Position numbers and translations under genes: made by a program. The notes below the pieces were generated by a model. The model had not been told where the DNA came from and made no database searches. It saw only the letters and a program-made list of their open reading frames with translations. Of a stretch of 64,000 bases of DNA, positions 13,647-28,064 are shown one piece after another (position 1 is the stretch's first letter; the number at the start of each line of letters is the position of its first letter). Source of the DNA: Chrysomallon squamiferum (taxonomy: Eukaryota; Animalia; Mollusca); contig CM022668.1 in assembly GCA_012295275.1 (NCBI GenBank), forward strand, positions 7,378,001 to 7,442,000, written 5' to 3'.

Positions 13647-13756
13647 ATGGGGCGTAAACTGAACCTGAGTCACCTGACTGAGGAGGAGAGTGAGAAGATT
13701 TTACAAGTCATCCAGAAAGATTTCGAACTGCGACAGAAAGAAAAACAAAGACTGAG
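13647..13756 (+). CDS. MYRIP: MyRIP-like coding exon 1: SHD1 helix of the Rab-binding domain, MGRKLNLSHLTEEESEKILQVIQKDFELRQKEKQRL
   Basis: Acceptor tttcag|TCACA at 13641/13642, ACAATGG start at 13647, donor AG|gtaaaa at 13757. 110 coding nt, ends in phase 2. The LNLSHLTEEE...ILQVIQKDFELR motif is typical of Slp-homology domains. Confidence 0.93.
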
Positions 13757-14166
13757 GTAAAAATATATTATATTTTATCATCAAGATAGTGTGTAATACA
13801 GGTGAACTGCTGATGGTCAGATCTGATGTCGTATTGTATGGTTGGTTGGTAATATCAGTGATATGGTTAATAAAGATTCAGAGAAGAGATGTTAATATCC
13901 CTGTTTCCCTGTTTGTGCAATTTCACATTCCATCCACTAATCTCCAATTTGTTATTAATGACTTTTGTTCAGATGTGGGTGTAGATGAAGTGGTAGTTGT
14001 TTCAAAATATATACACATACATACATACATACATACATACATACATACATACAAAAAGACATACATAAATATCCATATATACATACACAAATAGTACATA
14101 ATTTTACATTCATACATATACAGACATCCAACTATCAACCTACCTACCTACTTCCTACATACATAT

Positions 14167-14197
<31 letters not shown>

Positions 14198-14813
14198 TTA
14201 ACATACATACAGGGTTGTAACAAAAATTCTTAGTGCTTTAAGTGGAATTCGAAGACAATATTTAAATATTTGTAGACAGATTAATTCAACCACATACATG
14301 TCATTTTGTTCATAATACATGTATATATTTCTGTTTTGAATAAAATAGATTCATCGGCTCAAACACTTCCTATTGAAAAATATCACAAACCTTTGTTCCA
14401 ACTCAGTAAAGTAAAAACAAAACCCCCATTAATGTAGTAGTAGTAGCAGTAGTGGTAGTAGCAGTGGTGGTAGTAGTAGTAATGGACATATCAGTAAGTA
14501 GTAGTAATGGAGATATCAGTAGTAGTAGTAATAATAGTGGTAGTATTTGTAGTATAGGTACTAGTAGTAGTAATAATTATTAATATAATAACAATAATTT
14601 ATCATTAATCCAAGCTTGCCTAACTCAAATCGACAGCCTATAATTAATAAAGTGACTCAAATTAATTTGACTAATAATCAACTAATTTAAATAATAAATA
14701 TTATCTCAATTAATAGGTTAATACTTTAACTTAGGTTAATAGGTTAATAGGTTAACTATTTATTCATAAACAACAAAACAGGAAACAAAATTAAAAAATA
14801 ATAAATAAATAAA

Positions 14814-14854
<41 letters not shown>

Positions 14855-15231
14855 GAAAATAAGTAAATAAAACTTAAAATCAATATAAGCCGTTTCAGAC
14901 AAACTCTAAACTATTTGAAGTATTTTAATTAAAATTTAAATATCAAAACACACAAGTATTATTTTTCTATAACAAAGAACACCTGGTGTACACAGACATT
15001 TAAAAATGATGTTAACTAAATTTCAGTTAGAATTTATTCTTTTAACTTAGAAATCAAACACAGTGATCAAAGACCTATATGCCATTAATTTTTTAATTTT
15101 TTTTTATTTACAATCAAACCATGATATATACATAACTATGAAATTTATTTAAACTGCAGATTGCTAGATAAGAAAACATAGGTAATGCATTTTAATCTTT
15201 TATACACTGCAATATTTTGTCTGTTCAAATA

Positions 15232-15470
15232 TGTTGTAGTTTGATTGATGCATTCGCTGACAAATCAGAAGATCTGGGTTCTAATCCTGTAACAGTAGTA
15301 TTCTTAACATTGAAACAGTTAAAAATTATTTCTTGCTGAGGAGTCATAGGTTGTTGGATCTGATCCCACCAGAGTATTGTTTTTACTTTTCAAATGTGTT
15401 TTTTTATAAATTTTTTTATGGCTTTATTCACTGATGAATCAAAGACTGTGGGTTCTAATCTTGCCAGTGC
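15232..15470 (+). mobile_element. Degenerate tRNA-derived SINE head(s)
   Basis: B-box-like GGGTTCTAATCC at ~15277 and GGGTTCTAATCT at ~15450, with a weaker copy at ~15352. An isolated similar B-box GGGTTCAAACCC lies at ~61109. Confidence 0.35.
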
Positions 15471-15613
15471 ATTCATTTAGCTGTTTTTAAAAGAATGTTT
15501 TTTGCTACATTGTGTGTATAGTGGGGGGGTATGTGTGTCTGTGCACTCATGTGTGTGTGTTTGGGGGAGTTGTGTTTGTGTGAATGCACATGAGATTTGT
15601 GTGTGAGTGTGTG

Positions 15614-15658
<45 letters not shown>

Positions 15659-16169
15659 ATGTGTGTGTGTGAGAATGTGTGTGTGTGTGTGTGTGTGTGG
15701 GTATAAAAACTATTTTCAAATACTGATCTTTAATAAGATTTATAATATTGTTAATATAATAAAACACATTATTCCTAAAAGTTTTAAATATTCTGTGTAA
15801 TTATCATTTCTAGGTTAATAAAGATAGTCATTTAGAAAAAAAAAAAAAAAAAAAAAATAATAATTTTTTAAATTTTTAATCAAAATCAGAATAATCTGCT
15901 TAGAAAAAAAAGAAAAAAAAAGCCTATAAAATAAAAATTGAATAAAATTTTATAGCATTATATAAAAAAAGAAGATTTTATTGCTACGTACTGATAGAGT
16001 AGCTTTTGTCAGTGCTACTGTAATTAAACTTTACCATGGCCGTTTCTCACAATGGAGTTACATAATAGTCACATTGAATTGTCAGTGACACAGCACTTGT
16101 AAGCAGATTGGCATAGATTTTGTGTAATCTGAAAAGTAAATGAACACCATTTACAGATATATAAATAAA

Positions 16170-16350
16170 AAATGGGGCTCTACAACTGAAAATGGAGTCA
16201 AGGGGGTATTAGAGCAGAATTTAATGAGGCTTTGGAGCAGAAAATAGAGTCAAAGAGGCTCTGGAGCTGATGATAGTCAGGGGCTCTGGAACAGAAAATA
16301 AGAGTCAAGGGAGTTCTGCATTTTGAGATAGGGAATCTCTGGAACAAAAA
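16170..16350. repeat. Degenerate ~25-30 bp tandem repeat GGGGCTCTGGAGCAGAAAATAGAGTCAA
   Basis: About 6 decayed units. Confidence 0.6.
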
Positions 16351-16429
16351 TTTTAAAAATCAGCGGTTTCCAAACTAACTGTTCTGTTATAACAATTTTA
16401 AAGTAAAAATAAAAATAAATAAATGAAAT

Positions 16430-16764
16430 GGGTCATTCCATGTCAAATGACCAAAAAATTTTAAAATCATAGTGGTTTCCAAACTAACTGTGGGATCAAA
16501 AGGTTGACCCCCAAGTCCTTGTCACTTGCCTTTTCCATTTTTTGAAGGTTGACCCAGGGTTCCTGAGATATAAGGGTTCAAAGGTTGGTGGTCATGCCAT
16601 TTTTGCTAAAAATCTCAAAATTCAGGGGGCCATATCTCCCACACCACTGGTCCAATTGGCCTAAAATTTCATATTTGGTGCTGTGGGATTCCAGTCTACA
16701 AGTATACCAAGTTTCATAAAAAAACTGAGACAGGTTTAACCCACTGAGTGATTTGACAAGGAAT
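16430..16764. mobile_element. Non-autonomous DNA transposon (MITE-like) relic, ~335 bp
   Basis: ATTCCATGTCAAATGAC (16435-16451) and GTGATTTGACAAGGAAT (16748-16764) are inverted repeats (15/17 match). The interior is GC-richer with no ORF. No TSD is recognisable. Confidence 0.6.
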
Positions 16765-16775
16765 AATAATGATGA

Positions 16776-16810
<35 letters not shown>

Positions 16811-17871
16811 AAAATTTGAAAGCATGAACAATTTTTTTTCTCTCAAACATATAAATTTGATCTATATTCATATTGTGCCTAATGTTGAAATAATTAAAAG
16901 ATAAGCTAAATACACACGGTGTAATGATGCACATTGAGAATTCATGTTTCTGAGTAATGTAAAAATTATGCATAATTACATATTTGGATTCACAATTCAG
17001 CTGTCTATATTAAACTGTTAGAGCATGGGAAAAATAATAATAATAAAAAATAGAGAAAAAAGAAATAATCATAAAATAAAATAAAAAGAAATAGAAAAAA
17101 GAAAATATCAGGTACATATAAATTTTTATTATTCTACAGAGCATTATAAAATCTGAATATGTTGTAGTATTACATTTTTTTTTTTTTTAAAACTTTATTA
17201 TTATTATTATTATTATTTTTTTTTTTAATTATAAATGACATTTATACAGCTGGCATATCTATTAATATATTATTATCATGCCAGTGTTAAAAAAATAAAT
17301 TATTAACTCCTTTTTATTTTTATTTTTAATTTTTATTTTTTTATTTATCAGTATACAACCAGGTTGCATAGTCATGGATCTTTGGGTTTTTTTGCTAGTA
17401 AATAGACTAAACATTAAAAAAGAAAAAGGAAATTAAGAGAAAAAAAAGAAGATTTAATATAGCTTATTTAAACAAGGGGTTGGCTAAGTGATTAGCCAAG
17501 GGATTAATAAATATCTAGGGGTCAAAAGGGGGAATAGAAACATAAATAGCAATTGATAATGAATAAGCAAACACAGAGCTAAAATGAATCTGAACGAGAA
17601 TCAGCAGTGAAAGAAAAGGGCAAAGAAATTACTACCTTTATACAGAGAAGTTTATTACTGATATTTATTTATTTATTTATTTATTTATTTTACATGCTGG
17701 GTTCACTAAGATATTCTGTGAAGAAGCTGAGCACTGATTTAGATCAAAGAAAATAAATCTATTTTATACTCTTTCTGAGAAATGTATTTTTTTAAGAGTA
17801 ACTCATTTGTCTCAATACACAAGAGTATGTTTGTGCAAGAGTGCATATCTATATCTGTCTATCTATATCTG

Positions 17872-17916
<45 letters not shown>

Positions 17917-17943
17917 ATATATAGAGAGAGAGAAAGAGAGAGA

Positions 17944-17979
<36 letters not shown>

Positions 17980-19529
17980 GGAGAGATAAATAAAATATAT
18001 ACCTACTTATTCAATAATTTATGATAAACAAAAACCTCCATTTCATTCAAATCAAAATATTTTCTTTCATTTCTGTCTAATTCTTAACACAACAAAAAAT
18101 AATTTTAAAAAATGCATCAAATAGTAATGTCATAAAGACTAATAAATAAAATTATATCTAACTCTTAATACATATTTTATAGAGACAGTCCACACTGTAA
18201 TTTTCATGAAATGCAGTGTGTAGTAAACAGTTTAACAGAGCAATGGCTGAATGCTGTGTATCAGTGTCATACTGGAAACATGATACATGGTAAATCTTTA
18301 TTAGACTGCCTGATAAAACTGACAAGTGCCTGCTGCTGATGACATATTTCTTTTATTAGACATGGAGAGGATGTACATATATGAAATATACTATATATAT
18401 ATTGTTTTGTGTGTGTGTAGCTGTGTTTATGTGTATGTGTACATATACATATGTATATACATGTGTGTGTATTTGTTTGTGTGTATTTGCGTGTGTGTGT
18501 GTGTGTGTTTCTACATATATTGTTTATTTATGTTGTATATTTATAAAAATAATGATTCTCTTTATCTTGCATTTTCTCTTTCACTCTGTCTTTTTCAGTG
18601 TTTTTTTGTCTGTGTGTCTGTATATTTGGCTATCTCTGTATGTACATATATATATAACCTGCTGTTTGGAATTGGAAATAACCTGCTGGGAGCACTGAAA
18701 AGTGTTAATCCAGTCACCAGTCATAATCTTACAGATTTTTCAATGATATGAATTTTAATTAAAAAAATTTTATTTTATTAAAACTATTTTTATTTATTCT
18801 TTTCAATTTTTTTATCTAATGAGATATTTTCATTTAGTTTAATAAAATTTACAATTTGTCAAAATTTTTAATAATGTTTTAAAAGCCTTATTGATATAAA
18901 TTATAATTAAACTGAGTCCATCTGTACTTCCTGTTTTCTGAAATTCTTCATCCACAGCTGACAAAATAAATAAATATTTTATATTGTAATTCCTTTGATT
19001 GCAACATACTGAATGTTAATCCAGAAATTATTAATGCTTCAGCATTTATAAAAATAAAGAAATAATTAAATGAAAAGAAAAATAAAGCTTGTTTTCTTTC
19101 AGCATTCAGTAACTGAAAATCTAAAACCTTCTAAAATTGAAAACATTTTTTTTATTTTTTTCAAGAGCTGAGTTGATAACCTGATTTTCTTGCAGTTTGG
19201 TTTACTCATACTGTCTTTCATGCTGAAAATCTTCATAATACTGCTTAAAACTATCTTCAGGCTATATGTATAAGCTGGGTATGAAATATAATTGGATTCA
19301 GGATTTAGACTTGGTTCAATTTCATCAAAATACCAATCTGAGAGATTTAAAATCCAAGATATTTCTGTCCCCAGCTATTATGGATAATGAATGTACTAAT
19401 ACAGTTAATAAGCAGTTAAAATACACTGTACAGCTGATCATCAAGAATTTTCTAGTTATATTTTCCACTGTCAGTTTCATGTATAAAGGTTTACCTGTAT
19501 GAATGTTAATATTTTATTTGATCCAAATG

Positions 19530-19561
<32 letters not shown>

Positions 19562-19581
19562 ATAGTAATTTTAAAATAAAA

Positions 19582-19617
<36 letters not shown>

Positions 19618-20111
19618 ATAGGGAATAAAAATAAAAATAATAATAGTAGTAATAATAATAACAATGATAATGAGAAAGGAAACATGCTCCATTAACCTAT
19701 TATTTTCCCATTACTAAGTAGATTGTTGGAACACATATCTCACTGATAATTTTTGTTGGGGATAATTGGTATCTTAAGGTTTCATCAGCTTTATCCTGTG
19801 AAGATGAGAATGCTGATTTGCATTGAGTCTCTACTGAGCTGCATCAGAACATTTGACCAATGTAGGACAGAAACCTGTTTTGAGACAGAAACATGTTTTT
19901 TCATTTAATCATTAAAAAACACAAAAACTAAATAATATTACTGATTTATTTCTCAACTGAAAGTTCTCTTGTGATTTAAAATAGTTTTTAAATAGTAACA
20001 GTTTTTTTTATTTTTTATTTTATTTTTAAAATGAAAACTATTTTCAGAATAGTCTGTTAGGATCTAAACCAGCAGTTAAACATTAAAGAAAGTTGAACAG
20101 TACATATATAT

Positions 20112-20145
<34 letters not shown>

Positions 20146-21669
20146 TTTGTGAATAATAAGTAACTTATCAAAGTAAGTACAGTTCCACCCCAGAAAGCTA
20201 TATTTGTTTTCACTGATTTATCTAGTCATCATATGTTGCCACTGTTTTAGTGATTACAGGATATATACATATATATATAGGAAAGCATAGAATGCTTTTT
20301 GATAAACCAATTAAGAGGAATGGACTAAACTGAAATTACCCAAATTTAAAAAAATAAATAAATAAATAAAATATTCAATTATAAAAAAAAATAAATTAAT
20401 AAAAAAGTAAATAAATAAAACAATTGTAGTACAAAAAATAAACGTAAGAGTCAAGAAATCTTTCTACTCTAAATGTAAATGGGGTGTTGGGTTGTCCTGA
20501 CATGCAATCAGGACGTATTATGTTTCGGGCTATTTCAATTACAGGTCGATAAATCGTGGTTCTAATCAGGTGGAAAGGTTCAAGGGAGTTCGGATTACTA
20601 GAAAATTTACCAGCCACAATTCTTAATGACACCAGAGGTTGTCATGACAATATAAATAAAAAAAAAAAGAAGAAATAAATATAAATAGTGATAATAAAAA
20701 CAAATAATAATAATAACTGTAGAGATAATTTAAAAAACTGTATCATTTTTCAAGTATTGATTGACAGTTACTAAAGTTTATTATCATTATTATTGTATTA
20801 TTATCATCATCATCATTGACTTCATCATCGTTGACTTCATCAATACCAACATTGTTATCGTCATCATCACCTCATCATCCATCTCCACACCACCACCACC
20901 ACCACCATAATCTTCATCATCATCATCATCATCATTACCATCATCATCATCATCATTGCCATCATCATCATTATTATCATTGTCATCCTTACCATCATCC
21001 TTCAGGCTTCATTCTTTCTTATCAATCTCATTAGGCTAATTTCCATTCCAGCTTATGCTCTGTAACTGATTTATCATGGTATGTGCTGCTCTATAAAAAT
21101 AATCCACACATTTTTTATTATTCTTTGAATTGTTTCTCGCTTACCAGTATGTCAAAGGTCACGGTAAATTACCCTTCCTGTCTACAGAAAAGTGCACATA
21201 AAAAAATATTTATCAATTCATTCATAATCCAGAAATGCAAAAATATTTATTCTTTCATGCTTTAAACATATTTAAATTTTCATTCATTCATTCTTGTTTC
21301 AGGCCTGTATTTTATAAATAAGCTGCAAATGGCTTCCATCCTCTAATTAAGTGAATATAGTTTGTTTTCTAGTCATCATTTCACTATGGCTGCCATCATC
21401 TGTGACAAATTAGACATTTTCACTGTACATTAATGGTGCTTGTGGGATCTTCTTTGTAATATAAACTGTTATCTGTATAGTATTAATACATAGTAAACAC
21501 AAACACCCACTCCCTCATGAATTGTTAAACTGCTAACACATATGTACTTCTGTCACTTTTATGTCATGTTTATGAAATACAGAGTGTTATTACTTTGTAT
21601 TAAAAAGATTAATATTTAACAACACATTATTAATATTTTACCAAATCTATTTGTATAGTGATAATATGA

Positions 21670-22040
21670 AAAAGGAAATCTACTGCAGACACTGCATGAG
21701 TTACTCTTTTTGATAAGAAGTAAGAGGTATTTAATTTATATCTTTGCATAAACAGCAAAAAGTATTTTTTATTTTTTTATTTTTTTTTTATTTCCTTATT
21801 TATTTATTTGTTATATTTTTTTTATTACCTGATGTAGCCTAAAATGTTGTTTTTTGTTGTTGTTTGTTTTCCTTCTTTTTGGGGTTTAGCAACAAGTGAT
21901 ATTTTATTTATAGCTTCTCACAGACAGAAAACAGAATTTTATTTATAAATGTGAAAACTGCTGCAGACACTCTCTGGGTTATTCTTTTTGATTAGCATCA
22001 AGAGTTATTTTATCTACCTGTCCCATAGACAGCAATAAAA
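21670..22040 (+). mobile_element. Three decayed tandem copies of an interspersed repeat
   Basis: Shared core ...CTCTTTTTGATTAGCA..AAG.G.T.TTTTAT...CCCACAGACAG at ~21700, ~21885 and ~21980. Reverse-orientation copies lie at 57530-57700 and ~54935-54975. Confidence 0.5.
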
Positions 22041-22732
22041 AACATACAAACTAAGGCTGGGTAGATAGTTAATCTGACCCATACCCTCAGAAGAATTGAG
22101 CCAGTGACTTATTACACCCCAGGCAAGATATTTTATTGTGTTACAGTCTACATCCATAACAGATAAGATTTTTATTGTAATCAAATGGTTCATGAAACAG
22201 GCCACATGTTTAATAAAGTTAATATTATTTAATCAGTTTCTGTGCTTTAGTATTTTTAGTGAAGTTTTATATTAATACTGTTAATTAAATGTGAAGTAAA
22301 TTATTGAATGTTTTATAATGGTATTTATACATCATGTTTGTGAAATAATGGTGTGATGGACATATTAAACATGGTGATCTAATAAAAACTATCTCAGTGG
22401 AAGAGAGTCAATGACCTCTTTAGTATACACTTTGCATTTTTACCTAATCCAGCCTGTGCTGCACAATATAAAAATTGACAGTAACAAGCATATACACATG
22501 TATGTACACATGCACTCATACACATATACATACATATAGAAAATAATCAATATTTTTCTGGCCTAAATATAAATAATTACCTTGTATTTGTGTTTGTGTA
22601 TATGTGTGTGTTTCTTTGTGTGCTCTCTCTCTCTCTCTTTCTCTAACTCATACATACATACAAATTACACACACACAAACCCACACACTCATACACAAAC
22701 ACAAACACAAAAAACACAAACACACACACATG

Positions 22733-22765
<33 letters not shown>

Positions 22766-23227
22766 ACACACACACAGACACACACACAGACACACACACA
22801 CACACACACTGTTGCCAGTTCCATTCACAACAGATCCCCTACACTAACATAGAAAATATGTCAACAAACAACAAAACATTTCTGAACATACTTTGTAAAC
22901 AGGCCATGACTAATAAACTAATAAACTGTAAACAACATTTCCCACACACACTACATACACACACACACACACACACATGTATGCATGCACGTATGCATAC
23001 ACGCGTATGAGGAACACACATAATTATACAAAGAAAATGTACACAAAAATACAGACAGACAGAAATGCAGACATCTGACATAGAAACAAACATACATTTA
23101 ATCAGGAAAATACACACATATGTATAGAAACAAACACAACACACACATACATGTACTCTGTTGTGTGTGTTTGTATGTATGTATGTATGTACGTACACAC
23201 ACACACACATATATACACACATACAAA

Positions 23228-23262
<35 letters not shown>

Positions 23263-23559
23263 TTTTGCCCTATTTCAACAAGCAAGAAAACATTTTTCTG
23301 AAGAAAACATCCTTTGTCAACATGTCATGTTAGAAGAGTTTTCTATGGTTTAATTATTATTCCTCACACTTATTTACTTCCAAATGTTCCCTGGACCTTC
23401 GGGTCACTTGCTAATGTCCACACAATGGCTACATTTCCTAAATGGACAATGGTCTTTTCTACCATAAATGGCCTAAGCCTATGGCCATAAATAAGCCAAA
23501 GAATTTTCAGAATAAAATATCCGGTTATTATAGTTATTATCATTTCTGTGTTATTATTA

Positions 23560-24720
23560 ATTTGTAGTTGAAGGCAATCAGGCTGGTTTCAGCATTTCTA
23601 ATTAGTGTTAGGCATTTGGCTTAATACAATGGCATGATGTCTATTGATGTGATATTTAAAGAAAGTCACACTGTTTCTAATATTTCTCTCTTGGTATTTG
23701 TTTATGACAATTATAGATCGTTACTGATGATGTGATTAAAGGGAATCATGCTGGTTCTAACATTAACAGATATAGGTTTTAGTTTAATATAATGGCAGAA
23801 TGCCTGTTGATGTGATATTTTAAAAAAATTCCTGCTGTTTCTAATATTTCTACATTAATTCTTGTTTAAGACAGTTATAGAACATTATTGATTGTATAAT
23901 TAAAGGGAATCATGCTGTTTATTCAGCATTTCTGTGTATTAGTGCTAGGCATTTGGCTTAATACAATGGCAGAATGTCTGTTGACATTTAAAGAAAATCA
24001 CACTGTTTTTAACATTGTTGTATTATCACAATTATAAAACATTATTTATGGTGCAGTTAAAGGGAATCATCCTGTCATTAATATTTCTATATTAAGTGTT
24101 AATTATTTGCTTTAACAAAACAGTGGAAAGTTTCTTGAAGTCACATTTAATGTTAGTCATACATCATTTCTTTGTTAGAGTGTATATATATATTTTCAAA
24201 ACATGTATTGATAGATATAAATTAAAGGGAATCATGCTGTCATTAACATTGTTTAACACTAAGGCACTTCATATTATATTTAAGGCAATCGTTATTTGTT
24301 TATCATTCTTTAGTAGTATTCAGTTTAAAATAGGGCAGAATATATTTGATGTACAACTATAAAAGAATATCTGTTGACATGGTATTTAAAGTGAGTTGGT
24401 TTCTTTTTAATACACAATAGTAAATTAGAATATATATTGAGATGTTATTTAAAGAAAATCAGACTGTTTTACTCTCTATACTGATATTTGACTTAAATGG
24501 TTTCATAAATTTATTAGTTATATTTAAAGGTAGTCATATATCTTTTGACATTCTATTTTAAGGGTTTATTTGACAAAAGACAGAACATGTATTCATATTA
24601 TTCATATTTAAAGAGAATCACACTTTTTTTTATATTTCTATATTAAGGCTTGGTTTGACAAATTGCAAAAAATGTATTGATAATTAAAAAGAGTCATCAT
24701 ACTGTTCCTACCATTTCTGT
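23560..24720. repeat. Old satellite, ~80-bp monomer with ~160-168-bp dimer structure
   Basis: AAGGGAATCATGCTG-type boxes at ~23571, 23739, 23903, 24060 and 24225 alternate with AAAGAAAATCACACTG-type boxes at ~23658, 23822 and 23990. Confidence 0.7.
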
Positions 24721-25357
24721 ACTAGTGTAATGTTTAACATGAAGACAAAATATGGTTACAAATATTTAATCAGAATAACAAAAGTTACTAATATTTTCGA
24801 ATGATTTCATGCAACATGAAGTCTGTATTAATACTTCACTTCACTTCAACAATTGTTATTATTCAAGTGCTTGTACTTTCCATTAATTATTTAAAATATT
24901 TATAAAGTATGACAGATAATTTCCAAATAATTGTTTTACTTATTAAAACTAAGCTTTTCCAGCAATAAAGTTTGACATTAAATATAAACTGCAGGATAGA
25001 CAGACATCTTTGTACTTCTTTGGTGATTTCATTTTGTACTTTGGAAGGCAATAATGTACTCATGATAAAAAGTTAAATGGAACACTGGGCGGAAATGGGA
25101 AATGGAACACTTCTTGAAACTGGGAAATGGAACACTGTCTGGAATGAAAAACTTGTGAATTTTTGATTATATATTGATTTGTATTAGATTTATCTTTTCA
25201 CTTTTTATTTACCTTGTCAGAATATTAATAACAGAATCTGTGTTTTTCTTTTCAAGTTTTGATTTAGTATTTTTAATATTTAATTCATAGCAAGTACTTT
25301 TCAGATATATTGACCTTTCACATGGAAATATTTGCTGTAAATTCTTTATGTGTGAGT

Positions 25358-25397
<40 letters not shown>

Positions 25398-25786
25398 CTC
25401 TGCAGGTGTGTCAGTAATTGGCAGAATTTATGATTGTGGACATATATATATATTTATGATTCCATGTTTAAATGTCTTTGTGTTTATAGTGTATTAAATT
25501 ATATATATTACTATATATGAAATACACTGATATATTCATCAGTGTGGTAATAACTAGTAATTAACAGTAATGATGCAGTAATGACTTTAACATATGGAAT
25601 AAAAGGAATGCTCATGTTTATACAGTAATAACTTACTGAATGTGTTAAATACTGGTCTATGTTTGTTACTTGTTTGAAGTTCAGATACTAGAGAAGAAAC
25701 CAGCTGAATCAGTTTTATTTTGGATGTTTGATACTTTGTATGAATTCACATTGTTAGTATTGTTGTAACTTAAATACATTTTGTGT

Positions 25787-25820
<34 letters not shown>

Positions 25821-26360
25821 TGTTTATAAATTATATTTGTAATTGAAAAATCTAAAATTAATTTTTGCATTCAAAACAAACCTAAGACAAAAACAACAGC
25901 AAATTAGTTTCACATTAATAATTCAAAATGAAATGATTCTGATCAATAACCTGAGAAACAATATCGTTCCTTCAGTGAAGGTCATATTCATAAATCAATA
26001 AGGGCTAAATAAATCCTGCATTATGATTGGCAGATAACTGAGATAAACAAATCTGAGCACAGTTTTGATTGGCTGATAATTAAATCCTGTGTTGTTATTG
26101 GCAGATACATGAGATAAACAAATCAAAACACTCTTTTGATTGGCTAATGCAATAATGCAGCAAATAATGTAATATTTAAAATCAATAAATTGTAATTAGC
26201 TGTATTACATATCATTCAGTCATGGAGTACAAATATTATAATGAGCACCAGATATGTTAATGTACATTAAGTTCATTTTTATTTCAGAATCTGAAATCCC
26301 AAACCAGTCATTTTCTATTTATGAATGTTGCAAACTTTTTGTCTGTGTGCTTTTGTAATT

Positions 26361-26391
<31 letters not shown>

Positions 26392-27009
26392 ATGAGTATG
26401 TGTTTGTGTGTATGTATATGTATGTGCATGATGTTTTTTTGTATCTATGTGTGTCTGTACATGTACATGTGCATGTGTGTATGTGAGAGAGAGAAAGAAA
26501 GACAGACAACAGACAGAGAGTTTTTACATGTGTAAATGTTTATGTGTTTATATGTAATATGTGTTTTTATTTGTGATTTCATTGTATGTGTCTAAGCTGG
26601 TCAATGTTCATACCTGTATTGGTACTAGTGTGTATATAATCAGTATGTACATGCTGTCAGTGTGTGCAAATTCAGTTTTTCATCACTGCTCATTCGCATA
26701 CTCTAACCTTAGAACTGCATTATTTAAATAGTTTAATTTGAAATATCTCTTACATAGCATCACCTGACCAGAAATGGTTGAACACTAAATATACTTCTGT
26801 TCGTGACTTGTACTATTTTGTTTACAAGTGTGGTATTCTTTTTAATTACAGTTCAGCATGACAAATCATCCACAGGAATGTTGTGCATGAATAAATATAT
26901 GTAATACAAGATTTGTTAAAATGCATATTTGATCCTGTGGTATATGGTGTCTCAGATATTTACTGTGTTTCATTGTTTTAATTATTTAAATTTTTTTAGT
27001 GCTATTCCT

Positions 27010-27438
27010 TTTATTGTCATCATTATTACATTATAACTGTAATTGTTGTTGTTGTTGTTTTATTACTATTTTATTATTACTGTTATTTTTTTTCTGCTAA
27101 ATACTCTAATTACAACTACTATTATTATTAATATATTATTGTTAGTTATCATTGTTATATTAATATATTATATTATATTTATAATTATTATTGTTGTTCT
27201 TACTATTATTTTTACAGCTATTACTATTATCATTATCATTGTTATTGTTATTGTTACTATCATCTTTATCATCATCATTATCATTGTTACTATATATGTG
27301 AACTATTATTATTATTATCAGTATTATTACTATCATCATCATTATTATCATTATTGTTTTTGTTATCATTGTTGTTGATTGTTATCATTATCATCATCAT
27401 TAACAGCATCATTATCATTATCATCACCATCACTATTA

Positions 27439-27478
<40 letters not shown>

Positions 27479-27987
27479 CATCATCATCATTATTATTATT
27501 ATTATTACTATCATCATCATTATTATCATTATCGTTTTTGTTGTCATTGTTATTATTATCATCATCATTTCAAGTACTGATTTACTAAAGTTTATCATTG
27601 TCATTGCATCATCATTATCATCATCATTAAGAGCATCATTATCATTATCATCACAATCACTATTATTATTGCTACTACTACTATCATTACCATTATCATT
27701 ATCATTATTATTATTACTATTATTACTATTATTACTATCATTATCATTATCATTATTATTATTACTATTATTACTATCATTATCATCATCATCATCATCA
27801 TCATTATTATTATTATTATTATTACTACTACTACTGCTACTATCATTATTATTATTATTATTACTATTACTGTTATTATTATTACTACTATTACTATTAT
27901 TATTATTACTACTACTATTATTATTACTATTATTATTACTACTACTACCACTATTATTATTACTATTATTATTACTACTACTATCAC

Positions 27988-28023
<36 letters not shown>

Positions 28024-28060
28024 TACTATTACTATTACTACTATTACTACTGTTATTATT
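27010..28060. repeat. ~1-kb compound trinucleotide tract (TTA/TCA/CTA)n abutting the exon 2 acceptor
   Basis: Seen directly; yields poly-I/L/S pseudo-ORFs. Confidence 0.92.
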
Positions 28061-28064
28061 TCAG

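Noticed and set aside
15232-15300. tRNA gene
   Set aside because: Only a B-box-like remnant is present; no cloverleaf or acceptor stem can be built, so it is treated as SINE debris.
20161-20172. Possible 12-nt microexon taag|TAACTTATCAAA|gtaagt
   Set aside because: The acceptor is purine-rich (aataataag) with no pyrimidine tract.
20816-21034. His-rich ORF as a metal-binding peptide
   Set aside because: (CAT/CAC)n microsatellite with a non-ATG start and no splice sites.
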